Shown here one piece after another: positions 7,127 to 16,194 of a stretch of 64,000 nucleotides of DNA. The notes under the pieces are model-generated. The model was not told the origin of the DNA, did not search any database, and was given only the letters and a program-made list of their open reading frames with translations. Where the stretch lies: assembly GCA_046705285.1 (NCBI GenBank), contig JBJKQK010000168.1, positions 1,276 to 65,275 on the forward strand, read 5' to 3'. This DNA is from Terriglobia bacterium (GTDB lineage Bacteria > Acidobacteriota > Terriglobia > UBA7540). The position numbers and the translations under genes are program-made. How positions within the stretch are numbered: the first letter of the stretch is position 1; each line of letters begins with the position of its first letter.

Positions 7127-8953
7127 CTAGGTCTGCTGCGGCTGTTGTTCGGGTCTCAGGCTCGCCGTATTCCCGCGTTCTGTAACTCGCAGAAGCTGCG
7201 CTGCCTCTTCCAAACGTTCCTGAATGCCGCCAATCCTCTGTTGAATCGTAACGCGCTGCTCGTCCAGAAGGGCGTTCGTGAATTCAGCAACCTGGCGTTT
7301 GTACGATTCCATGGACTCTTTGATGGAGGATTCGGCCCATGTCGTAGTCTGGTGAGCCCACTGATTGAGGAGCGTCGTCGCGGTGTTCACCTCTTTGTTG
7401 ACTTTCCCAGAGAGGTCCTGAACCATCTGGGACGAGCTGGTTTTGATCCTTTCCACAGCGTTGGCAGAAGCCTCTGAGACCTGCCTCTGAATCTCCTCTA
7501 ATACTGCACGGCGCTGGCCATCCATAAACTGCCGAAGTTGCCCTTCGTACTCAGCCGCCATTCTTGCCTGGAGCCCGCCGAGGGCCTTTCGGATCTCCTC
7601 AAGCTGCATATCGGCGATCTGCCTGACGCTCATCGCATGCCCTTCAAGCGTCTGACGGCTCAAATTTGACAGGCTCTCACCCACTGCAGCGATCCGGTCG
7701 TTTTCCGCTGCCTTCAACTGCTCGCCCAGGCTCCGGAGATTATCGGCAAGGCGAGTGGCGTCTCCAGAAAGGGAATCACGCGATGAAAACGCAAATTCGT
7801 TCATCTTTCTGCGGGCATCCTCCAACATGCTCTCCATGGTGGACTTCAGCTGGTTCTTAGAGTGCTCCAGGGCCTCACCCAAACGTTGCTGAACATGGGC
7901 GATCGAAGCATTCAAAGCGTCCTGCGACGCCTTTTGAACATTGCTGGCGATTTCCGCAGCACTCTTGTCCTGCAATTCCTGGGACGTGAAGCGCAGCCTT
8001 TCTTTGAAGCCGTCCACATGCGAATCGGCATGGGACCGCAATTCCTCCTTTGAGGCGGCCACGAGCCCATTTAGCTGAGCTCTGAAGTTGCTGAGGTTCT
8101 CCTCGGTGTATCCCCTTGTCCCTGCTTCGAACTGCCGGGTGGCCTCCTGTGCCGCAGACCCCAGCCGGCTCGTAAAATCTCTCATCGTCTGTTCGGCGCT
8201 CTGCGAACAGGTTTGCCGGGCTTGTTCCGACAGCCCACTCATAGCCGCCCGCATCTCATTCTGTATTCCCTCAACCTTCTGCTGGGCGTTCCGTTCCAAC
8301 TCCAGAAGCACCATGTTTAGATGCTGTTGGAACGAAGTCTTCAACCGTTCCTTAACTTCCTCAACATGCGGCCCCAGTGACTTCTGAACTTCAGCCGGGA
8401 CCGATGACATAGTCCCTTCAGTCATCAGCTTGATCCACTCAGCGAACTCATTCATCTTGCTTTGCAGCATCTCTTCAATACGGATCCTGGCCTGACTTGC
8501 CACTTCGTTCTGTTCCAGTTCCAGCCGCGCCTGCAACTTCGTGCGAAACTCGTTGGCAAGGTTGTCCAGCCGAGCGTTCATTTCTTTTTCGATCGGATCC
8601 AGAACAGTGTGGCTTGTGCCGTGAACATTCTTAGAAATCTCTGCGGCCGAGGCGGAGGCGAATCCCTCCAACTCGTTTCGAATGCGGTCCTTCAATGTCT
8701 TGAAGCCCAATCGAAGAGACCCGTCGCCGTCCTTTTTCGTGTCAACTGCGACTCCAGGCAGGGTGACCCCGGACAATTCAGCTACCCCCCCCATCAGTTC
8801 CCGGAGAAGCCGCTGAGCCTGGTCCACTTGTTCCTGCCACTCACGGCGCGCTTCCTGGATTTCAGAAAGAAGCGATTCTAGATCCGCTTGATTGTGCTTT
8901 TGCCCTCCGCGGATACCTCTCAGTTCCTGCACGAGAGACAGTGGCGTATTCAT
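7127..8953 (-). CDS. large all-helical coiled-coil protein of unknown function (apolipoprotein/phasin-like composition)
   Basis: 608-aa ORF dominated by E, Q, A, L, R, S and K. I see no TM segment, signal peptide or enzymatic motif. Amphipathic helical segments repeat throughout (e.g. LQARLELEQNEVASQARIRIEEMLQSKMNEFAEW, QQRLGEALEHSKNQLKSTMESMLEDARRKMNEF). GGAGGG precedes the ATG. Confidence 0.7.
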   Translation of the reverse strand: MNTPLSLVQELRGIRGGQKHNQADLESLLSEIQEARREWQEQVDQAQRLLRELMGGVAELSGVTLPGVAVDTKKDGDGSLRLGFKTLKDRIRNELEGFASASAAEISKNVHGTSHTVLDPIEKEMNARLDNLANEFRTKLQARLELEQNEVASQARIRIEEMLQSKMNEFAEWIKLMTEGTMSSVPAEVQKSLGPHVEEVKERLKTSFQQHLNMVLLELERNAQQKVEGIQNEMRAAMSGLSEQARQTCSQSAEQTMRDFTSRLGSAAQEATRQFEAGTRGYTEENLSNFRAQLNGLVAASKEELRSHADSHVDGFKERLRFTSQELQDKSAAEIASNVQKASQDALNASIAHVQQRLGEALEHSKNQLKSTMESMLEDARRKMNEFAFSSRDSLSGDATRLADNLRSLGEQLKAAENDRIAAVGESLSNLSRQTLEGHAMSVRQIADMQLEEIRKALGGLQARMAAEYEGQLRQFMDGQRRAVLEEIQRQVSEASANAVERIKTSSSQMVQDLSGKVNKEVNTATTLLNQWAHQTTTWAESSIKESMESYKRQVAEFTNALLDEQRVTIQQRIGGIQERLEEAAQLLRVTERGNTASLRPEQQPQQT

Positions 8954-9340
8954 TTTCCCTCCAGTGGACCCTTTACTCTCTGTTGTTGAGGTGTGACCAA
9001 GCCGGCTTGGCCAAAGACACTAGAAGAAAGGCATGTTTTCAAAAAATAGACGACCGACCGGGTGCGGTCTGGCATCCACACAACATCTGTCATTCGCTAC
9101 CATGCCTTCCCCCCTCCCGGCTGGCGCTTCTGGCGACAGGTTAACAACCCATCAATAACACTAATCGCACTAAGACTCTAAGTCTCCTCACCACCAATCG
9201 CAACTGTACTATAGGACAGTTTTAGGACAGGTTTCGTTGGAACAGCCTAGTTCCCTTGTCTTTAGCAGCCTGAAATCATATCCCAGATTGCGCCTGGTAG
9301 CCCCTGGAAACCCAGCTTGGTATATTACCGTAGCCGATCT

Positions 9341-10735
9341 TCACCCTCCCAGCGAGACTCTCTCGAGGTATGAAGGGATCTCTGCCTTCCATCCAAGTTC
9401 CTGGGCAATCCTACCCTGGAGCCCCATGGCGGCATGCGGTTCACCATGAGTGATGAATGTCTTCGTCGGGGCTGACGGGAATTTCCCAAGCCAGCCCATA
9501 ATCTCGCTGTAGTCAGCATGTGCGCTCAAGTTCTCAACCGTTTCAACATGAGCACGAACAGGTACCTGCTGGCCATGAATCTTAACCAATTCGGCGCCTG
9601 TCTGTATGGTGTGACCCCGGGTTCCCGGAGCCTGGAACCCCACGAAGAGGATCGTGTTGCGATGGTCGGGCAGGCACCGTACGAGGTGATGCAGAACCCT
9701 TCCCCCGGTGGCCATTCCGCTGGCAGAGATGATGATTGTTGGGTAGCGGCACTCATTCAGAGCCTTCGACTCTTCCACCGAACGATCAAAGTGGACATTC
9801 GGCTGGGCAAACAGCTTGTGCCCGCCCGATTCAAACTCATCCGTTTGAAGGTTGTGATCTTCGTGGTGCTTTCGATAAAGGTCCGTGGCGTCAATGGCCA
9901 TAGGGCTGTCTACATGGATCGGCAGCTCTGCCAACTTATTCTCCTGAATCAGCATGCGGAACAAATAGAGGAGTTCCTGTGTCCGCCCAATCGCAAAAGA
10001 CGGAATAATGACTGACCCGCCCCGCTCCGCAGTGCTCTCAATAATCTGAGCAAGGCGCGCCTGGAAGTCATCCCTCGGGTGCAGCCGGTCTCCGTAGGTC
10101 GATTCGCACAAAAGGTAGTCGGCCGCATCTGGAATGGCAGGCTCACGGATAATCAATTGAGGAAACCGGCCGACATCACCCGAGAACAGAACCCTGACCA
10201 CCTTCCCTTTCTCGCGAACCGTAACTTCCACAATGCGCGCGCCAAGAATGTGTCCTGCGCGGAAAAACCTTAGTTCAAAGTGTGGTGAAAGTTCCAGAGG
10301 CTTAGCTTCATCAACCACCCGAAACAGCTCCAGTGACTGGAGCGCTTCGTCGTGCGTGTAAAGAGGAAGAGCAGGCTTATGCTTGCTGAAACCTTTCTTG
10401 TTGGCATATCGAGCGTCCTCTTCCTGCAGATGGCCTGAGTCTGGCAGGACCAGGTGCGAAAGGTCAACGGTCGCCGAAGAGGCCCATACCTCGCCCCTAA
10501 ACCCTTCCTTCACCAGGCGCGGAATGTAGCCTGTGTGGTCCAGATGAGCGTGGGTGAGAACCAGCCAGTGAATGCTGGATGGGTCCACGGGCAGAGGATT
10601 CCAGTTGCGAAGACGAAGTTCCTTATGTCCCTGAAAGAGCCCGCAATCGATCATGAGACGCTCACCCGACGCCTCCAGCAGGTACTTGGACCCGGTCACG
10701 GTCCCTGTTGCACCGAGAAAGGTTAAATTGGGCAT
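9341..10735 (-). CDS. MBL-fold beta-CASP family RNA-metabolising hydrolase
   Basis: 464 aa. Motifs: FLGATGTVTGSKYLLE, LVLTHAHLDHTGYIP (HxHxDH) and ESTYGDR, plus C-terminal beta-CASP/RMMBL-like motifs (SAHADYSEI). Confidence 0.85.
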   Translation of the reverse strand: MPNLTFLGATGTVTGSKYLLEASGERLMIDCGLFQGHKELRLRNWNPLPVDPSSIHWLVLTHAHLDHTGYIPRLVKEGFRGEVWASSATVDLSHLVLPDSGHLQEEDARYANKKGFSKHKPALPLYTHDEALQSLELFRVVDEAKPLELSPHFELRFFRAGHILGARIVEVTVREKGKVVRVLFSGDVGRFPQLIIREPAIPDAADYLLCESTYGDRLHPRDDFQARLAQIIESTAERGGSVIIPSFAIGRTQELLYLFRMLIQENKLAELPIHVDSPMAIDATDLYRKHHEDHNLQTDEFESGGHKLFAQPNVHFDRSVEESKALNECRYPTIIISASGMATGGRVLHHLVRCLPDHRNTILFVGFQAPGTRGHTIQTGAELVKIHGQQVPVRAHVETVENLSAHADYSEIMGWLGKFPSAPTKTFITHGEPHAAMGLQGRIAQELGWKAEIPSYLERVSLGG

Positions 10736-12411
10736 TAGAGAACAACCGCCTCCCTGTAATGGCCAAAAACCCCAGCCAGAACGCTGGAGATTTCTCCCAC
10801 CGTTGAGTAAACCTTCACAGCCTCAAGAATTGCTGGCACCAGGTTGCGTTCGCTCCGTGCTGTTGCTTCAATCTCCCGGAGCGCGGCTTCGACCCTGGCG
10901 CGGTCGCGGCGATGCCGCAGCTTTTGCAATTGCTCGACCTGCCGGCGCTCGATCTCGGGATCGATCCGCATGATCGGAATTTCTTGCCTGGTCTCTTCCG
11001 GGTAGCGGTTGACTCCCACGATCACCTGAGAACCAGATTCGATCCTGGCCTGATATTCATAAGCTGCCTGCTGGATCTCATGCTGCACAAATCCTCTCTC
11101 AATCGCTGTCAGCATTCCACCCATGGCATCAATCTTCTTGAGATAGTCCTCTGCGGCCTGCTCGATTTCGTTGGTCCGCCTTTCGATCGTGTATGAGCCG
11201 CCAACAGGGTCAACGGTATTCGCAACCCCGCTTTCATAAGCGATAATCTGCTGCGTGCGCAGCGCCAGCAGCGCCGAATCTTGCGTAGGCAGTGCCAGCG
11301 CCTCATCGCGCGAGTTGGAGTGGAGCGACTGAGTCCCGCCCAGCACAGCCGCCAGAGCCTGCAGCGTCACCCTGACAAGGTTGGTGTCCGGTTGCTGCGC
11401 CGTGAGCGTGGACCCTGCCGTCTGCGTATGGAACCGGAACATCCAGGATCGAGGGTCTTGTGCTGCAAAACGCTCGTGCATGATGCGCGCCCACATCCGC
11501 CGGGCCGCGCGAAATTTGGCAATCTCCTCCAGGAAATTGTTGTGTGCGTTAAGGAAAAACGATACCCTTGGCGCAACCTCATCAACCCCAAGGCCACGCT
11601 CCCGTGCCGCTTCCACGTACGCGATACCGTTGCCCAGGGTAAAAGCGATTTCCTGCACCGCCGTTGCTCCGGCCTCCCGGATGTGATATCCACTTACGGA
11701 AATGGTGTTCCATTCCGGCGCATGGTCCCGGCAGAAAGAAAAGATGTCAGTCACCAGGCGCATCGCCGGCTTGGGTGGATAGATGTAAGTTCCCCGCGCG
11801 ATGTATTCTTTCAAAATATCGTTCTGAACGGTTCCCGAAAGATGTCTGAGGTCGATGCCCTGCTTTTCCGCAGCGGCAAAATACATTGCCAGCAGGATGG
11901 GAGCCGTGGCGTTGATCGTCATGGAAGTGGAAACGCGGTCGAGAGGGATTCCGTCGAAAAGCACCTCCATATCCTGGAGAGAATCAATGGCTACGCCAAC
12001 ACGGCCCACCTCGCCCTCAGCCTGCGCATGATCCGAATCCAGACCGATTTGCGTGGGCAAGTCAAAAGCTACGGAAAGCCCGGTCGTCCCCTTGGAAAGA
12101 AGATAGCGGTAACGCGCATTCGAGTCCCGTGCCGAACCAAAGCCTGCGTACTGGCGCATGGTCCATAACCGGCTGCGGTACTGACGGGGATAAATTCCTC
12201 GGGTGAAAGGAGAGCGGCCAGGAACGCCCAGATCCCGCTCGGCATTCCAGTCCTTCAGGTCTTCGGGTCGGTCGAAATACTGCTCGGTATCGCTGGCTTG
12301 TTCAGCGCCAGGTTCCGGCACCTTCTTGCTGTGGCGAGATTTATCCATCGGGATGAGGTGGAACCGCTCACGCGACTGATCGCCGTGCGTTGCACGGGCG
12401 TTCAGGGGCAT
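10735..12411 (-). CDS. methylmalonyl-CoA mutase family, large (substrate-binding) subunit without B12-binding domain
   Basis: 558 aa. Motifs: [56 protein letters not shown]. The protein ends at ...[16 protein letters not shown], where split-type large subunits end. Its stop shares 1 nt with the start of the next gene. Confidence 0.9.
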   Translation of the reverse strand: MPLNARATHGDQSRERFHLIPMDKSRHSKKVPEPGAEQASDTEQYFDRPEDLKDWNAERDLGVPGRSPFTRGIYPRQYRSRLWTMRQYAGFGSARDSNARYRYLLSKGTTGLSVAFDLPTQIGLDSDHAQAEGEVGRVGVAIDSLQDMEVLFDGIPLDRVSTSMTINATAPILLAMYFAAAEKQGIDLRHLSGTVQNDILKEYIARGTYIYPPKPAMRLVTDIFSFCRDHAPEWNTISVSGYHIREAGATAVQEIAFTLGNGIAYVEAARERGLGVDEVAPRVSFFLNAHNNFLEEIAKFRAARRMWARIMHERFAAQDPRSWMFRFHTQTAGSTLTAQQPDTNLVRVTLQALAAVLGGTQSLHSNSRDEALALPTQDSALLALRTQQIIAYESGVANTVDPVGGSYTIERRTNEIEQAAEDYLKKIDAMGGMLTAIERGFVQHEIQQAAYEYQARIESGSQVIVGVNRYPEETRQEIPIMRIDPEIERRQVEQLQKLRHRRDRARVEAALREIEATARSERNLVPAILEAVKVYSTVGEISSVLAGVFGHYREAVVL

Positions 12412-12414
12412 GTA

Positions 12415-12672
12415 TCATCGCACACTGCGGGCTTTCACAAAAGTATATAGGCAGAAGATGAACAGCAAAAAAGTGAAAGCAATGCTCACTATTACAATCG
12501 CAAAGCTCAACGGCCCTTGGCCGGGCATCGTTTGATACTCCTGCCACAGTTTCAGTGAAACCGTTACCATGCCTATTGTCATAAACAGGAATACTGCGCC
12601 AATCAGCAAATGGAACAATTGCTGCGCCCGCCGGAACAGGCGCCTCGTTAGCGAGTTCGAGTCATCTGACAT
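12415..12672 (-). CDS. small two-TM membrane protein
   Basis: In-frame ATG at 12672 inside ORF 12415-13053. The 85-aa product has two hydrophobic helices (LLIGAVFLFMTIGMVTVSL and FAIVIVSIAFTFLLFIFCLYTF). A 3-nt gap separates it from the mutase start. The longer version of the ORF collides with a better + strand gene and its promoter. Confidence 0.5.
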   Translation of the reverse strand: MSDDSNSLTRRLFRRAQQLFHLLIGAVFLFMTIGMVTVSLKLWQEYQTMPGQGPLSFAIVIVSIAFTFLLFIFCLYTFVKARSVR

Positions 12673-12717
12673 AATCCTGCCGGCCTCTTGCCGAATCGGA
12701 AGAATTCCAACATTTCG

Positions 12718-12746
12718 ATGGTAGGCCCAACCGTTTCCGGCGTCAA
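12718..12746 (-). promoter_or_regulatory. sigma70-like promoter for the small-membrane-protein/mutase/beta-CASP operon
   Basis: On the - strand: TTGACG (12741-12746), 17-nt spacer, TACCAT (12718-12723), about 45 nt upstream of the ATG at 12672. Confidence 0.45.
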
Positions 12747-12770
12747 TCACCACTCGACCAGCTTCCTGCC

Positions 12771-12800
12771 TTGACACTCCCGCAAGACGAAACATAGAAT
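12771..12800 (+). promoter_or_regulatory. near-consensus sigma70-like promoter
   Basis: TTGACA (12771-12776), 18-nt spacer, TAGAAT (12795-12800), about 40 nt upstream of the TTG start at 12841. Confidence 0.55.
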
Positions 12801-12840
12801 GCAAGTAGGGCGTTAAGAATCGGAGTCCAAAGGGTGATTT

Positions 12841-13140
12841 TTGGAGCTTGACGACAATTTCAAACGGCTGATCAAGGAGCTTGGTCAGGCCATCAACGAG
12901 TCCCTGGCAGACTCCGATAACATCTCTGACGTCATGGGCCGCATTCGTGCCGCGGGATATGATCTTTTCCTGGTTCTGGAAGTAACCATTGGATTCAACA
13001 AGCACGGTGAAGTCAGCACAGTACACCGTCAAGACATTTCCACAGAGCCCCATGAGGGTGAACCCGAATTCCTCCTTTCACCACAGGATGCGCAGTTTCT
13101 GCGCTCCCTCAAGATTGTCGTCGAAAACGACGAGGACTAG
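12841..13140 (+). CDS. small acidic cytoplasmic protein, unknown function
   Basis: 99-aa ORF. TTG start, with an in-frame TGA at 12835-12837 that forbids a longer N-terminus. The sequence is protein-like (ELDDNFKRLIKELGQAINESLADSDNISDVMGRIRAAGYDLFLVLEVTIGFNK), has a GC-rich third codon position, and has its own near-consensus promoter. Confidence 0.6.
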   Translation: MELDDNFKRLIKELGQAINESLADSDNISDVMGRIRAAGYDLFLVLEVTIGFNKHGEVSTVHRQDISTEPHEGEPEFLLSPQDAQFLRSLKIVVENDED

Positions 13141-13269
13141 GCTACCATCTTTGGGCCACTGAACGCCGGCTCGTGGCAGAAGACGGCCAGCCAGCTGAAC
13201 GGCCTCAGCCTCATAGATTGGCCCCTGCGGGGACTTGACAACCCCCCGGCAGATGCCTACGATTTTCTC

Positions 13270-14097
13270 ATGGATCCCCCACAAGTGCGTTCTCCGGTTG
13301 TAGCCGGGCGTTTCTATCCCCGCACGCGCGATTCTCTCTTGCGCGAGGTTGATCGATATCTGGGACCGCAGTCCGGAGATGAAAAGACGTTTGAGGCAGC
13401 CATTGGCTGCGTCGTACCGCACGCAGGTTACATGTACTCTGGCCCTGTCGCAGGTGCCGTTTACCGCCTCCTCCCCTCACGCTCGCGTTATGTGATTCTG
13501 GGCCCAAACCACTGGGGCCGCGGGGCGCCGTTGGCCATCATGTCAGATGGATACTGGCTCACGCCGCTCGGCCAGGTTCCGCTGGACGCGGAACTCGCTG
13601 GCAATATCCGGGAAAAATGCCCACCGCTGGCCGAGGACGCAGAAGCGCATTCCGGCGAACACTCGCTGGAAGTCCAACTCCCCTTTTTGCAGCGGCAGGC
13701 TGGGGCGTTTACACTCGTTCCCATAACAATTGGATTAGCGGATTATGCCTCGCTGGATCTTTTAGGACGAGCTGTCGCAGATGCAATCAGGCGTTCGCCG
13801 GGACCCGTAATGATTGTCGCTTCGAGCGATATGAACCACTATGAATCCGACGATGTCACACGGCTAAAGGATGAGAAAGCTATTGAGAAAGTCCTGGAGC
13901 TTGATCCCCGAGGATTGCTGGAGGTCATTCGAAACGAAAATATCTCGATGTGCGGTTATGCCCCGACGGTCACGATGCTGACTGCCGCTAAGGAACTTGG
14001 CGCCCGCGAAGCCCGTTTGATCAGGCACGCTACTTCTGCGGACACCGGCGGAGATTCGGATTCCGTCGTGGGATATGCTGGAATTATTGTTTATTAG
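13270..14097 (+). CDS. AmmeMemoRadiSam system protein B (MEMO1 family)
   Basis: 275 aa. Motifs: VAGRFYPRTRDSLLREV, VVPHAGYMYSGPVAG, ILGPNH, EHSLEVQLPFL, SSDMNHYE, GYAGII. Confidence 0.85.
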   Translation: MDPPQVRSPVVAGRFYPRTRDSLLREVDRYLGPQSGDEKTFEAAIGCVVPHAGYMYSGPVAGAVYRLLPSRSRYVILGPNHWGRGAPLAIMSDGYWLTPLGQVPLDAELAGNIREKCPPLAEDAEAHSGEHSLEVQLPFLQRQAGAFTLVPITIGLADYASLDLLGRAVADAIRRSPGPVMIVASSDMNHYESDDVTRLKDEKAIEKVLELDPRGLLEVIRNENISMCGYAPTVTMLTAAKELGAREARLIRHATSADTGGDSDSVVGYAGIIVY

Positions 14098-14139
14098 CCT
14101 TCTTGCACGCAGCAAATCCTTCACAAGCGAATACTGTCA

Positions 14140-16089
14140 TCAGTGATGTGGGCCGCGCGCGCCGCCACCACCTCCCATACCGCCCCGCATGGAGCCGCCC
14201 ATTGGTGCTGCAGGTTGACCCATGCCTTGGCCTCCGCCGAATCCACCCGATGGCGGGCGAGATTCCGGGGCTTGCTGGACAGGCTGCTGCGACATGCCAA
14301 ATTGCTGGTTCACTTTCATCCGCCCGTGCGCCTGAGATTTCTCCATCCGCTGCATTCCTTCTATCCGCTTGCGCCATTGAGAGTTCTCCACCGATTGATT
14401 TATTTGATTCGTTCCCGGAAATCTTTCATGGCGAACAGCCGGCTTACGAACTTCCCGAAAAGCGGTCATTCCAGACCCGTTCCCCGAAGGCCGCACAGTT
14501 GGCAAAAGTGCACGAGAGTCGCGCATCGCGCCCCCATGAGTTCCCATGCTTGAGATAGGGATTGCAGTCAGTCGACCAGGCGCAATCCCGGGACGGGAAT
14601 TCGTACGTGCCAGCCCCATCCGGCCAGGCAACAGCATGTCATTGTTGACGCCGGCAGTACCCCGAGCAGAGCCGGATGGACGGCCTGAGGGCGTTCTCAC
14701 CATCGAGTGGCCTCGCGCGCTAAAAGCAGGCGCATGAGGCCGCACATCCCAAGCTCCAGGAATAGAAGACCTTGCAAAAATCATAGTTGGCGCAGCGCCG
14801 ATCCGGCGGGCACGAGCACCTGGGCTCCCCCTTTCCGAGCTTGAAGCAAATGGAGAGCCCGTCAAGGCAGGCCCCGGCAATCGCAGACTCCTGGTGAGAG
14901 GAGCTGTTGGCGAAGCAACCAGGCGTCCGTGGAAAGGATTTTTCCCCAAGACGTTGTTGGGAGAAATCGGCGTTCCGCTCTGGAATGTATTGATGCTCAC
15001 CACGGTCGAACAATTCTGGCCACTCGGGCAGCGAATTGCTGTGCTGGGACCATGGAGATACGGCCTGGGCGCCCAACCAACCCAACTGGGTCCCTGGTAC
15101 CAGGTAACCAATCCCGGCGACCAGTACGAAAAACTGCCGGGCAGCCAGCACCACCCGGAACCCGCCGGATAGATCCAACTGCCGTAATGGAAAGGAAGCC
15201 ATCCCCAAGGAAGGGCGGAGATCCACGTATATCCAAAACCGGGATACCAGGACCAACGGCCAATGGAATAGGGGGACCATGCGGCACCCATCATAGGCGA
15301 CCAGCAACTACCGTACCCCGGCAGGTCGTTCCAGGCACCGTAGTAGAAAAGTTCATTCCACCCATAAAGTGAGTTTCCTGCCGACAATCCGGTGCGACCA
15401 GGTCCACCCCCCTTAGTGGCGACAGTCTGAGCCTGCTGGCGCTTGTTCACCCAACGATCCCAGGCATCCTCGGTGATGCCGTCACTAACCTGGAACGTGT
15501 TCGCGCTGCCGGGAACCAGTTTAACGACCTGGTTCTTTGCAATTGTTCCACTCCCGTAAGGGCTTCGGAGGCCGACTTCACCCCTGAAAACCTCCAACCT
15601 CTGGCCTCCCTGATTCATATCGATACGAAACATCGATTGGCCGACCGGAGAATAGGCCGCACCGGCGGCTTGAACGTCGTAGACATCACCTCGTTCTGGC
15701 ATCACAGCGAACGTAGCGTAACCCCGCACGAGGGTCATGTGGTTGATCTTGCCGCCCTCAGGCGACAAAGAGAGGTTGGTAAAGTCAAGCTCGCTTGACT
15801 CGCCCAAGCGCGCTGTGGAACCGTTTTCAAATTCGACTTCCGCGAAACTATTAGCGGCCGTCGCGACCTTGAAGCCCTGCTCGATGGGGGTGTTAACAAA
15901 GGCTTGGGCCCACTCATCAACGTCGGGACGGTATACCGTTACCGTACCGTCCACAAAGCTGAGGCGCACGATGCGAACTTGTGAGTTGGACTGCGCTGGT
16001 GAGGGAATAGAACAGAGGATTGACGTTATGAATACTGCAGTAAGCAAGACCAGCAGCCTGCATCCCCAGGGCGAACTATTGCCTTTCAT
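14140..16089 (-). CDS. FecR-domain secreted protein with Trp/Tyr/Gly/Pro-rich repeat region and Gly/Met-rich tail
   Basis: ORF 14140-16161 with an ATG at 16089. MKGNSSPWGCRLLVLLTAVFITSILCSIPSPAQS looks like a signal peptide. A FecR-like beta region follows (VRIVRLSFVDGTVTVYRP...GFKVATAANSFAEVEFENGSTARLGESSEL). The centre reads YGWNELFYYGAWNDLPGYGSCWSPMMGAAWSPYSIGRWSWYPGFGYTWISALPWGWLPFHYGSWIYPAGSGWCWLP. The C-terminus reads GGFGGGQGMGQPAAPMGGSMRGGMGGGGG. Confidence 0.75.
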   Translation of the reverse strand: MKGNSSPWGCRLLVLLTAVFITSILCSIPSPAQSNSQVRIVRLSFVDGTVTVYRPDVDEWAQAFVNTPIEQGFKVATAANSFAEVEFENGSTARLGESSELDFTNLSLSPEGGKINHMTLVRGYATFAVMPERGDVYDVQAAGAAYSPVGQSMFRIDMNQGGQRLEVFRGEVGLRSPYGSGTIAKNQVVKLVPGSANTFQVSDGITEDAWDRWVNKRQQAQTVATKGGGPGRTGLSAGNSLYGWNELFYYGAWNDLPGYGSCWSPMMGAAWSPYSIGRWSWYPGFGYTWISALPWGWLPFHYGSWIYPAGSGWCWLPGSFSYWSPGLVTWYQGPSWVGWAPRPYLHGPSTAIRCPSGQNCSTVVSINTFQSGTPISPNNVLGKNPFHGRLVASPTAPLTRSLRLPGPALTGSPFASSSERGSPGARARRIGAAPTMIFARSSIPGAWDVRPHAPAFSARGHSMVRTPSGRPSGSARGTAGVNNDMLLPGRMGLARTNSRPGIAPGRLTAIPISSMGTHGGAMRDSRALLPTVRPSGNGSGMTAFREVRKPAVRHERFPGTNQINQSVENSQWRKRIEGMQRMEKSQAHGRMKVNQQFGMSQQPVQQAPESRPPSGGFGGGQGMGQPAAPMGGSMRGGMGGGGGARGPHH

Positions 16090-16194
16090 GGGACACCTCC
16101 TAGGCTGGCATACAGAAAACCCTGTTTCATCATACACCAGCCCACTCAGGGTTGCGATCAAAAACAGTGAATGTTTCTCAATGGCGGGTGGAAT

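Noticed and set aside
8997-9014. Sigma-54 type promoter (TGGC...TTGG) upstream of the coiled-coil gene
   Set aside because: The spacing between GG and the would-be GC element is off by 2 nt, and the -12 element reads TTGG rather than TTGC. It is better described simply as a palindrome.
12673-13053. N-terminal extension of the 212-aa - strand ORF
   Set aside because: It overlaps a more protein-like + strand gene and runs through two good divergent promoters. Only the C-terminal 85-aa membrane protein, starting at 12672, is kept.
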